Source: Candidatus Aenigmatarchaeota archaeon (GTDB lineage Archaea > EX4484-52). From it: a DNA stretch of 60,040 nucleotides. The notes under the pieces are model-generated. The model did not search any database. It worked only from the letters and a program-made list of their open reading frames with translations, and was not told the DNA's origin. Both the position numbers and the translations under genes were made by a program. The DNA lies in NCBI GenBank assembly GCA_023137195.1, contig JAGLPV010000024.1, positions 1 to 60,040 of the forward strand. The letters are read 5' to 3'. Below are positions 38,837-47,923 of the stretch, one piece after another (position 1 is the stretch's first letter; every line of letters begins with the position of its first letter).

Positions 38837-40222
38837 TCATATTGGTTTGACAGCTTTCGACTTAACATATAATCCTACAAGCAATAACAGAATGAATAGA
38901 ATGCTAAATGGTGTTGCTATTTTATCGATGAATCTACCTGTTATTGCAGGTGGTTTTGTTTTCTGACAGGCACCGCAATCCAATTCACAGTTCTTGCAGT
39001 CTTCTTCGCCATTGCATGCTCCATCTCCGCATATTATGCATGCACCACAGTCTTCTTCGCATGTTTCGCAGGTTTCGTTAGTCTGGCATATCTGGTCACC
39101 ACAGTATTCTATTATGGGACATATTCCACAGTCTTCTTCGCATGTTTTGCAGGTTTCATTAGTCTGGCATGTTTTATCTCCACAGTATTCTTCCGGTGCT
39201 GTTATTTTTGGAAAATAAGTACAGTTTTGTTCTACTGCTGGTTTTCTATATGCGGTTCTGCAATTGTTTTTATCTGTACATATCCTTGTCTGGATTCCGC
39301 TCGAAACACATTCAGACCAGTTTGCACACACCCAGTTCGGATAACATCCTATGCCTCCTCCGCTGCTGCTTCCACCGCTACTACTACTACTACTACTTCC
39401 GCCTGTATTGCATACGCCGCCTTCATCTATCTGGCTATCGCAGTTGTTGTCTTTTCCATCGCAGATTTCTGTTGTTGGACTACCTGGAGTACATGTATCT
39501 GTTTCAGTACCGTTAACACATGTCAACATCCCCTGAGCAGAACATTCACCCACTCCGCAACTTGTCTGTGTTTCATTATAATCTTCATCAATTTGATCAT
39601 TACAATTGTTGTCTATGCCGTCGCATGTTTCATTTGCACCCGGGTTGACTGCTGTATTATTATCATCACAGTCCAATTGGGTGTAATTACAGAAAAAAGA
39701 TGCCGGGTTTCCGTATCCGTCGCCATCATCGTCTGTACAATTCGTGCAATATTTGTCATCTGTATCATTAAATCCATCGCAGTTGTCGTCTATTGTGTTT
39801 GTGCAGTTTTCAACAGCGCCAGGGTTTACATATGGATTTGTATCATTACAGTCCTCATACCATGTATAAGTGTCGTTGTCTGCGTCTGTCACTGTGAGAT
39901 TTACAACAGTCATTTCTCCTTCTCCATCACAGTATTGTGGATTTTGATCTGCAAGTTCCCCTGAAACTCTTAATAATATGTATGTTGTAGAGGTATTTTG
40001 CAAAGTTATATTATATCCTGCCGAAACTGTCTGACCTGTTGCAATAAGTTCGCCTGTTTCAAATAGATATGCATTTACTTCTGTTCCTTCAACAGAATCT
40101 CCGCTTATGTTTGAGACAGTTCCTGCAAAAACGCAGGAATGCATAGCATAAGCGCTATTCATTAAAAAAATTAATAAGACTGCAAATACAGTCATTAGAC
40201 TAAAAATAGATTTTTCTTTCAT
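38837..40222 (-). CDS. Cys-rich surface protein with DCxD...NPGA.E.C..ID.NCD repeats
   Basis: Signal peptide, metal-binding-type repeats, Ser/Gly linker, three CGD..C...E.C..C..DCG repeats, C-terminal TM. Confidence 0.75.
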   Translation of the reverse strand: MKEKSIFSLMTVFAVLLIFLMNSAYAMHSCVFAGTVSNISGDSVEGTEVNAYLFETGELIATGQTVSAGYNITLQNTSTTYILLRVSGELADQNPQYCDGEGEMTVVNLTVTDADNDTYTWYEDCNDTNPYVNPGAVENCTNTIDDNCDGFNDTDDKYCTNCTDDDGDGYGNPASFFCNYTQLDCDDNNTAVNPGANETCDGIDNNCNDQIDEDYNETQTSCGVGECSAQGMLTCVNGTETDTCTPGSPTTEICDGKDNNCDSQIDEGGVCNTGGSSSSSSSGGSSSGGGIGCYPNWVCANWSECVSSGIQTRICTDKNNCRTAYRKPAVEQNCTYFPKITAPEEYCGDKTCQTNETCKTCEEDCGICPIIEYCGDQICQTNETCETCEEDCGACIICGDGACNGEEDCKNCELDCGACQKTKPPAITGRFIDKIATPFSILFILLLLVGLYVKSKAVKPI

Positions 40223-40331
40223 AAATACCCCTCTTTCCCTTATGTATTTCTTTTGCTTTTTTTTCTTTTTTCAAAAATTAGTATTTTTTCATTTGCTTAT
40301 CATTATACTTATAAGATAATTTGAAACTCAA

Positions 40332-41255
40332 CTATTCATCTACAACTCCTTTGCTGCTTTTGGCAAATTTTTTTGCATAGATAATTCCGCCAATAATTAG
40401 TATCAACAATATCCCGCCAGTAATTGGAACTGAAGCACTTCCTGCAACAGAACTCAAAAAATTTCCTGTTATTGATGAAAGCAAACCGCCATTATTTTCT
40501 TTTTTATCCTCCTCAGATAAAGGCATTGTGCATTCTCTGCTTATTGTCGGCTTGTCTGTTTCTGTTTCGCAACTGTTCAAATCCATGCATACTCTTTTCT
40601 GCCTGCTGTTAAAGCAGTCAAACCACTCGCTGCATTTCCAGTTTTCAGTGCATGTCGTTTGCTCTGTCTCTTCTTCCTGATTATCTGTCTGTTCATTATC
40701 TCCTGTGGTTGTTGTTGTTTCATCGTCGTCTGTTTTGGTTGTTGTTACTAAAGGTGCACTTCCGCCTGAAGAACTGCTGCTTGAGCTACTACTTGAAGAA
40801 CTGCTCGATGAAGATGAAGTACACGCTCCGCAGTCATTAGGGCATGTTGAGCAGGACTCTCCTGATTCACATACCTCATCTCCGCAGAAATTTGGTATTG
40901 TTGCAGATAAATCAACTTTTGTGCTTTCGCCACTGGAGAAAATATATTCTGCTGCTTTGACATCATTTATATAGAATTCAATCAATTTGCCGTCCCGGTT
41001 CCCGTCCGGATTGAGAACATAAAATATTGGCTCATAGCCGTATTTTCCATCTTTTGTAAAAGCACTCGATACAACTTCATTGCTTATTTTTGCATCAATC
41101 AATACATTGTCCGGCGAAGTTTTTCCATTGACAATTACATCCCCATAAAACTGATGCGGCATTCCTGGTGCTGCCAAAGCAATACTTGTAAATACAACAA
41201 TTGCTGCTATGGCTGCTGTCAACAAAGCCCTGTTTTCAATATTTAATTCTATCAT
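40332..41255 (-). CDS. Surface protein with Cys modules, poly-Ser linker and C-terminal TM
   Basis: Signal peptide, PHQFYG.V.VNG domain, CGD and C.ENW.C.EW modules. Confidence 0.7.
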   Translation of the reverse strand: MIELNIENRALLTAAIAAIVVFTSIALAAPGMPHQFYGDVIVNGKTSPDNVLIDAKISNEVVSSAFTKDGKYGYEPIFYVLNPDGNRDGKLIEFYINDVKAAEYIFSSGESTKVDLSATIPNFCGDEVCESGESCSTCPNDCGACTSSSSSSSSSSSSSSSSSGGSAPLVTTTKTDDDETTTTTGDNEQTDNQEEETEQTTCTENWKCSEWFDCFNSRQKRVCMDLNSCETETDKPTISRECTMPLSEEDKKENNGGLLSSITGNFLSSVAGSASVPITGGILLILIIGGIIYAKKFAKSSKGVVDE

Positions 41256-41294
41256 AATTCCCCCCTAAAAAATTATTTAAAAAAATAAAAAAAA

Positions 41295-44200
41295 TTATGG
41301 ACTGAAGCGTCCACAAAATGTGGAAAAGGAGTAGGTGTCCTCTACATCTATTTCCATCCAGTACCCTGCACCGGCATCCATATTATTCTTGGCATACATA
41401 TATTTCCATGGTGGATTGTTTGGACCCCAGTATGTTACAAGAGAGCTCCATCTTGGATTCCCAATCACTGTATCTATAAGAGAATATAGAGCACAGTAAG
41501 TAGGGTCTCCATTTTCATTAGGGCCATAGTATCCTAGTTCACCATCAGTTCCATAATATCCTATCAGGTTCCATCCAGGCACTACTTTCTTGCTTGGCGG
41601 TGTTGCTGCTTCACTGAATAATCTTCCGCCAATGGTTAGTTGAACAGAGTTTCCTTCCATAGCACTTGTGTTCATCAATACCCAGTAGCCCCAGCCAGGT
41701 TTCATCTCGGTCAATGTATCTGTTCCTGGTCCCGGTGTATATACATACCATTCATCAGCAACGCCATCATATGTCCAGACTGAAATTACTTTGTCTGCAA
41801 TGTCTTCAAATACTTCTTCTATTGAATCCTCTGTCATTACAAACGGTACAGATATCAGGTTCCATTTGGGATTTAGTGTTATGTTAAATGCACCACCTTC
41901 TACCTTTATCCATTCCAAGTCTTTTTCGCTCTCATGACCTACTGCATCTGTGCAGTAGAATTCAAGCTGATGTAGGCATTCTTCTTCCAGATATATTTCT
42001 GTTCCTTCTGTAGTTGTATTCCACTCAGTCCAGTTCTGTGTTCTGTCCCACCATACTCTCCAGTGAACTATTGAATGGTCTGATGGATGAGGTCCCTGGT
42101 CATCACAACTCAATATTATGGGTGTCATTGTTGTTACTTTCCATTCCCATGTGCAGTTGCCGGAAATATTATCACAATAAGAGTTTGGCTTTCCGACTTT
42201 CTTATCTGGAATAGGTGCGGTATTGTCAACAAAGACGCACTGGTGGTTCAGGGTTTCTGTCTTGTTCACATTGTCTACACTGTAGTATTCTATTATGTGG
42301 CATGATTCCTCAAGACCTGTGTATTTGTAGCCAGTTGGATTGTATGGTTCAGGTGCTGTTGGCAGTCCATATCTTGCATCCTGTGTCCATTCGCTACAGT
42401 TGTCGTAGCAGTAGTGCCAGTCTGTCTCATTCTCCAGATATACATCCCTGTAATATGTTCTATTTACTCCAGATGGATGTGGTTCTGAATCGTATGCAAA
42501 CAATGTTATATTGGTCATGTTTGTTATCCACTTTGTGCCTTCTTCTTCAAAGAAAGGAGCCGAGTATGTTTTGTTTGTTACTGGTGGTGTGTGGTCTACA
42601 AATACACACTGGTATTGTACATCTTCTGTATTGCCCAGTGCATCCTGACTGTAGAATTCTATCAGATGACATGATTCTTCAGGTATTCCAAAAGGTTCTG
42701 TATATGTATTGTTTATATCCTCATGCCCGTGCATTGCACTGCAATTGTTTTCACACATATAGTCCCTTACTTTTGTGTAGCTATAGTATGTATCTATTCC
42801 ATCCACATGGCAAACATCACCACCGTCTACAGCTGTTAATTCAATTCTTGATGCATTGTCTATATAATCAAAGCCAGTCTGTGGGTTCACGTAGTAAGGT
42901 TCCAGATATGTTTTTGTCGTGTTTGGTGCAACAGAGTCGACTTTGAAGTATTCCAGATCAGTTGTTTCTTCTGTATTTCCCAGGTGGTCTATACAATAGA
43001 ATTCAAGGTCATGCACTGAATCTTCTGTGAAGTTGAATACATATGGTTCATCTCCTACATAGTTACAGCACCAGTCTCCTTCCATTGTTCCTCCAAATTC
43101 TGTACAGTACTGGTTGGTTATGTAGCCCCATATACCGCTTACATTGTCGTATGAAACCCTGTAACACATAGTTTCCTGCTCAACAGGGTGGTCTCCCTGG
43201 TCTTCACAGTCAAGAGTTATCTCTGTTACATGGTCTCTTACCCACCAGCAGTCTGGTCCGGCAGGATACTCAATCTGACAGTTTTCATCACATCCATCTC
43301 CATTTTCTGTGTTGCCATCATCGCATTCCTCTCCAGAATCCAATTTGCTGTCTCCACAGTATGGGACAAATATAACTTCTCCAACGAAAAGGTCTGTTGC
43401 AGTTCCAGGCATAATTGTATTCTGTATCTCAGTCATGGTGTTTGTATTGTATGCCTTTAAATCATGCAGACCTGGATCCCCACTTGTTACATAAGTAAAA
43501 GCTGCAGTTGGATGAACTGCAATTCCTGCTGGGTCATCCATTGTTGCAGATTGGTTTGATACTCCATTGTTTATCCTGTATTTCGTAAAGCTACTCGGCG
43601 AATAATACCATGTTGTTGTATATAGATATACATCAGCCTGATTCCTTGTATCCACAGCAATTCCGACATTGTTATTTGGCAAGGAATATGTGTTCAACAG
43701 GTTCATGGTTGTGTTATACTCACGTACTGTGGTTGAACCGTCTGTGACATATATCTTGTTGTTGTTATGATCAAATGCCATACCATATATGTTTAGTCCA
43801 GTATTGTAAGTTATTACATTTGCGTGTGTTGTAGTATCATATACATGGACATTAGGTCCGTTTCTGTCAGCAACATACAGATATCCCTGAGTCTCATCTA
43901 CAAAAACTCCTGCTAAATCAGAAGCCGCTGTTGATATATTTCCCATTGGATTAAAGTTATTTGCATCAAATACATAGACATCGCCAATAAATTCAAAAGT
44001 TACAAACAACTGATCATTTACTGTATCCAGCGCAGTTCCGACAGCTCCGTTGCCGACAGTCGGCAAAGTGTAATTGCTTACATAAGTAAGGGTTCCATTA
44101 GTCTCTACATTATATGCTTCAAGAAGGTTTGGCTGCTTTGAATTATCAGCAATAACATATAGAGTTACTGGATTGATTCCCTGCACTCTTGGTGCTAACA

Positions 44201-47123
44201 TACCTCCATTTGTTGTTATATTAAATTCACTGCCGTTGCATGCAATCTTGGGCTCACCGACTGTTTTGTTTCCTCTTGGCGGTGTGTTGTCTACAAATAC
44301 GCACTGTTTTTTGATTTCTTCTTCAATTCCAAGATTATCTACACTAAAGTATTCTATCAAATGGCATGATTCCTCTGGTTTGTAAAATTGTCCCGTATAT
44401 TCTGTCCAGTTCCCCATGCCTTGTGCCTCATCACATGTAACTACATCATAGCAGTAGTTATCTGATACAACGGTATTTCTCCAGTATGTATTGTTTACGC
44501 CAGATGCGCATGGTGCCTGGGGATTGTCTGTAGCATTTAATGTTATTGGTGTTGAACTGTTTATCCAGATTGTGCAAAGCGCGTGTGTGCAGTCTTCAAA
44601 ACAAACAGGATTTCCTATGCATTGACTAATACACATTGCCTCGCAATTAGGTTCAATTTTCTGCGGATCCCCGTATGTTTTGTTTGTAAGAGGGGGCTGT
44701 GAATCTACATAGAATGTTTCAATATCTTCTATATTGTTTCCCAGAGCATCCCGACAGACTATTTCTAATTCATGCACTGTGTCTTCATAGAATCTTATGT
44801 CGAATGGAGGTATCTTATTGGATTCCCCTTTCATTGGATTGCCATCAAGATAATACATCCAATCGCATGTAACATTGCCGACAGTGCAGTTTTCGTATGT
44901 ATTATTGTCATATGCTTCTACATGTATTGTCGTGCCTGTGCCGTTTTCCTCGCAAGTCCAGTCCTTTATCCAGCAGGTATCATTTGTTCCCGGTCTTGGA
45001 GGGCAATCCCCATACTGTGGACCAATCAATGTCTTGTTTATTATAGGAGGAATTGAATCAACCCTGAAGTATTCCAGATCAGTTTGATTGTTCCTGTTTT
45101 CAAGAGCATCAACGCAGTAGAATTCAAGGCCATGAAGTGAATCTTCCTGGAATATTATTATTGTGCCTTCATCCACGCAACAGTAATCATCGTCATTTGG
45201 TCCCTGCATTGTACCGCCAAGAAGAGGACAATATACCCTATTTGTAAGCCAAGGTGCTATGTCAAATGAAATCCTGAAGCATGCTTCACCATAACCTACC
45301 GGATGAGGTTGAGGATCCATACAACTTAAGTTTATTTCAGTCACATGGTCTCTTACCCAGTAACATTCAGCAAAATTATAATCTATCAAATCAGTTTCAA
45401 ATAAGTAATTATTTGGGTTCCATGCTGTTAATCCGGGTTCACTATAATCACTTGATGGAACTAACCATATTTTTGCTCCCGTACAATGTGAATAAAAATC
45501 CGGAGCACCACAATAGTCATGTTCATTAATATCCATATTTGCATCAGGATAACTAGGTAAATTCATACCTAAATCTACACTTCCACTAACAACTAAATTT
45601 CCATTGCTATCTGAAGTTGCTTCAACTATCAATGCACCAGGGTTATCTCCTCCCCAATTATTAAATCTATCAGGTTCATCTGCATAATATATCAAAGAAT
45701 ATTCTGTATTTGTTTGAAGCCCATTTGCTGTAAGTTCATATTCAAATTCTGGACCCATATCATTATATTCTAATGTTGCTTGTATTCCATCTCCAGTAAT
45801 TGGTTGCCAAGTTGAATTTTTGTTTTCAAGAATTAAGATTAAATCCTCACCAGTAATTGATTCATCTTTACTACAAGGAATATTTGGCACTCCAACCTCT
45901 TTTGTTCCAACAGGTGGAGTATCTTCAACATAAACACACTGGTGTTTTACAGGCTCTCTGTTTCCAAGTTCATCTACACTGTAGTATTCTATAATATGGC
46001 ATGATTCTTCATTTTTGAAAAATGGACCGGTATATTCAATCCAACCGCAATCATCCCATCCGCTTGAATTCCAAGTCATACATACATTATAATCTTCACA
46101 AAATCCCAGAAGTCCCTGAGGTCCTTCATACACATTCCTGTAATATGTAGTCATGTTGCTTATATTGCATCCCTGTGTTGTTGGGTCGGGATCAACTGCG
46201 CTAAGTGTTACAAGAGTATGTGTAGTAATCCAGTGAGGGTATTGGTCTTCAACAATAGTGTAAGGGAAATGAGGATCGCCGTAAGTCTTGGTTGTTTCCG
46301 GAGGAGTGTCATCAACCCTGAAAACTTCAATATCTTCAAGTACATTGCCTGCAATATCCTTGCATGTAACATTCAAAACATGAAGGGAATCATTGTCAAA
46401 AGTCATTGAGTAATTCCATGAGCTCTCTCCATCTAAATCAGCATATATTACTGGTATTGGAGCGCTTCCGTCAAGAGTATATGAAACTTCACAAAAATCA
46501 AGTCCACTTACTCCACACAATCCTGCTTCTACAATATCAATCTGTATCTCTGTGTCTTGTCTTATCCAGCACTCTTCTCCCGATCCAGGAGGGCATGGTC
46601 CGGATTGATTGCCGATTATTTTTTTCGTTATGTTTGGTGCTAAATCATCAACGCTTGTGTTATCATAAGCAAATATCCATAAATCTGTTATATCTCTTGT
46701 TTCAAATTGCCATGTTAAATTACAATAGCCGGGTCCACTTGGAGGCGTTGTTGCAGAAAAAGTAAAATTAGTACATGTTCCTTGGGCAATATAATACCCT
46801 GGTGCTGTAGCAGTGTATTCATAATGTCCCTTTACCGGATTGTATGGGGCTTTATACCAACCTGTTTTATCATCTGCATCAAAGTTAACATAATTCGGAT
46901 TATTATAAATTCTCACTTCGTCAATTGAATCATTGCCATCAGGCACATTACAAATTTCAACCGTATACCCCATGTTCATACCCGCAGCAGACCATTCCGG
47001 CTGTAATTCAACACCACTATTATGTTGCGCAAAACCAACTGAAGCAAATAGTAGTACAACTAATACCATTGTACAAAAAGGCGTCTTTATTTTCCTATCA
47101 AAACTATAATTTTTTAATTCCAT
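41295..47123 (-). CDS. Giant modular secreted protein (Ig-like repeats, beta-propeller, Cys-rich repeat)
   Basis: 1942 aa, signal peptide, recurring VD..PP / H.(I/L)E(Y/F)Y.VD repeats, CGD...EECDDGN..GDGC motif, C-terminal WNLIS/WNLIG domain. Confidence 0.8.
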   Translation of the reverse strand: MELKNYSFDRKIKTPFCTMVLVVLLFASVGFAQHNSGVELQPEWSAAGMNMGYTVEICNVPDGNDSIDEVRIYNNPNYVNFDADDKTGWYKAPYNPVKGHYEYTATAPGYYIAQGTCTNFTFSATTPPSGPGYCNLTWQFETRDITDLWIFAYDNTSVDDLAPNITKKIIGNQSGPCPPGSGEECWIRQDTEIQIDIVEAGLCGVSGLDFCEVSYTLDGSAPIPVIYADLDGESSWNYSMTFDNDSLHVLNVTCKDIAGNVLEDIEVFRVDDTPPETTKTYGDPHFPYTIVEDQYPHWITTHTLVTLSAVDPDPTTQGCNISNMTTYYRNVYEGPQGLLGFCEDYNVCMTWNSSGWDDCGWIEYTGPFFKNEESCHIIEYYSVDELGNREPVKHQCVYVEDTPPVGTKEVGVPNIPCSKDESITGEDLILILENKNSTWQPITGDGIQATLEYNDMGPEFEYELTANGLQTNTEYSLIYYADEPDRFNNWGGDNPGALIVEATSDSNGNLVVSGSVDLGMNLPSYPDANMDINEHDYCGAPDFYSHCTGAKIWLVPSSDYSEPGLTAWNPNNYLFETDLIDYNFAECYWVRDHVTEINLSCMDPQPHPVGYGEACFRISFDIAPWLTNRVYCPLLGGTMQGPNDDDYCCVDEGTIIIFQEDSLHGLEFYCVDALENRNNQTDLEYFRVDSIPPIINKTLIGPQYGDCPPRPGTNDTCWIKDWTCEENGTGTTIHVEAYDNNTYENCTVGNVTCDWMYYLDGNPMKGESNKIPPFDIRFYEDTVHELEIVCRDALGNNIEDIETFYVDSQPPLTNKTYGDPQKIEPNCEAMCISQCIGNPVCFEDCTHALCTIWINSSTPITLNATDNPQAPCASGVNNTYWRNTVVSDNYCYDVVTCDEAQGMGNWTEYTGQFYKPEESCHLIEYFSVDNLGIEEEIKKQCVFVDNTPPRGNKTVGEPKIACNGSEFNITTNGGMLAPRVQGINPVTLYVIADNSKQPNLLEAYNVETNGTLTYVSNYTLPTVGNGAVGTALDTVNDQLFVTFEFIGDVYVFDANNFNPMGNISTAASDLAGVFVDETQGYLYVADRNGPNVHVYDTTTHANVITYNTGLNIYGMAFDHNNNKIYVTDGSTTVREYNTTMNLLNTYSLPNNNVGIAVDTRNQADVYLYTTTWYYSPSSFTKYRINNGVSNQSATMDDPAGIAVHPTAAFTYVTSGDPGLHDLKAYNTNTMTEIQNTIMPGTATDLFVGEVIFVPYCGDSKLDSGEECDDGNTENGDGCDENCQIEYPAGPDCWWVRDHVTEITLDCEDQGDHPVEQETMCYRVSYDNVSGIWGYITNQYCTEFGGTMEGDWCCNYVGDEPYVFNFTEDSVHDLEFYCIDHLGNTEETTDLEYFKVDSVAPNTTKTYLEPYYVNPQTGFDYIDNASRIELTAVDGGDVCHVDGIDTYYSYTKVRDYMCENNCSAMHGHEDINNTYTEPFGIPEESCHLIEFYSQDALGNTEDVQYQCVFVDHTPPVTNKTYSAPFFEEEGTKWITNMTNITLFAYDSEPHPSGVNRTYYRDVYLENETDWHYCYDNCSEWTQDARYGLPTAPEPYNPTGYKYTGLEESCHIIEYYSVDNVNKTETLNHQCVFVDNTAPIPDKKVGKPNSYCDNISGNCTWEWKVTTMTPIILSCDDQGPHPSDHSIVHWRVWWDRTQNWTEWNTTTEGTEIYLEEECLHQLEFYCTDAVGHESEKDLEWIKVEGGAFNITLNPKWNLISVPFVMTEDSIEEVFEDIADKVISVWTYDGVADEWYVYTPGPGTDTLTEMKPGWGYWVLMNTSAMEGNSVQLTIGGRLFSEAATPPSKKVVPGWNLIGYYGTDGELGYYGPNENGDPTYCALYSLIDTVIGNPRWSSLVTYWGPNNPPWKYMYAKNNMDAGAGYWMEIDVEDTYSFSTFCGRFSP

Positions 47124-47243
47124 ATTACCCCTTGCTCATTTATGGACACTTCAACCTTAAATACTTTTCTATTTTTTAACTACTTCAAAGTTGCAACACA
47201 TATAGTATAATGTCTCCTGTCTCAAACAGATGCAAAATATTCT

Positions 47244-47921
47244 TTAAAAAAATAGAGAATGACCATTTTCCTTCAACCAGTTCCTGTGATTTTTATAATC
47301 GGGCATTATGCTGATTACCTTGTCCCAAAACTTTTTAGAATGGTTTTTTTCTTCAATGTGGCTTAATTCATGCACCACAACATAATCGATGATGTTTAAT
47401 GGCGCCATTACTAGGTGCCAGTTGAAATTAAGGTTGTCGCGTCCGCTGCATGAACCCCATCTTGTCCTGGTGTCCTTGATGCTTATCCTGTTGTATCTGA
47501 TTCCTGCGGCTGAAGAGTAATGCTTTGTCCTCTCCAGAAAAATTTTATGCGCCTGTTGCCTGTACCATCTTGTAAAAATAGATTCTGCTCTTTCTATTGC
47601 ATCCCGGGAGAGAACAAAACAATTGTCGTTAAAATGAAGATGTGGGCGGTTTCTGTCAAGTACATATAGCTTGTAGTTGTTCCCGAGATATAAAAACTCC
47701 TCGCCTTCTGCAAATTCTCTCGGGTGTTTTTGTTCGCATCTTTTGCGGACAAGTTCCTGCTTGCTTAAAATCCATTTTTTCTTTTTATCCAGCATTTTAT
47801 GGATGGCTTTATCCGAAGCGCGGTTGGGAACTCTGACGATTAATTCTCCTTTCTTGTTGATTTCCATCCCGTATGTCTTTCGGCTGGACCTTATTATTCT
47901 GTCAATTTTGATTTCTTCCAT
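47244..47921 (-). CDS. YgjP/DUF45 (M48-like) metal-dependent hydrolase
   Basis: RWGSCS, YVVVHELSH, NHS..FW. Confidence 0.88.
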   Translation of the reverse strand: MEEIKIDRIIRSSRKTYGMEINKKGELIVRVPNRASDKAIHKMLDKKKKWILSKQELVRKRCEQKHPREFAEGEEFLYLGNNYKLYVLDRNRPHLHFNDNCFVLSRDAIERAESIFTRWYRQQAHKIFLERTKHYSSAAGIRYNRISIKDTRTRWGSCSGRDNLNFNWHLVMAPLNIIDYVVVHELSHIEEKNHSKKFWDKVISIMPDYKNHRNWLKENGHSLFF

Positions 47922-47923
47922 TT

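Noticed and set aside
39360-39400. CTA trinucleotide run as phase-variation tract
   Set aside because: In-frame Ser/Gly linker codons, explained by the protein
39227-39964. 245 aa plus-strand ORF
   Set aside because: Antisense shadow of a low-complexity Cys/Ser-rich gene
42215-42946. 243 aa plus-strand ORF
   Set aside because: Antisense to the 1942 aa gene, no recognisable features
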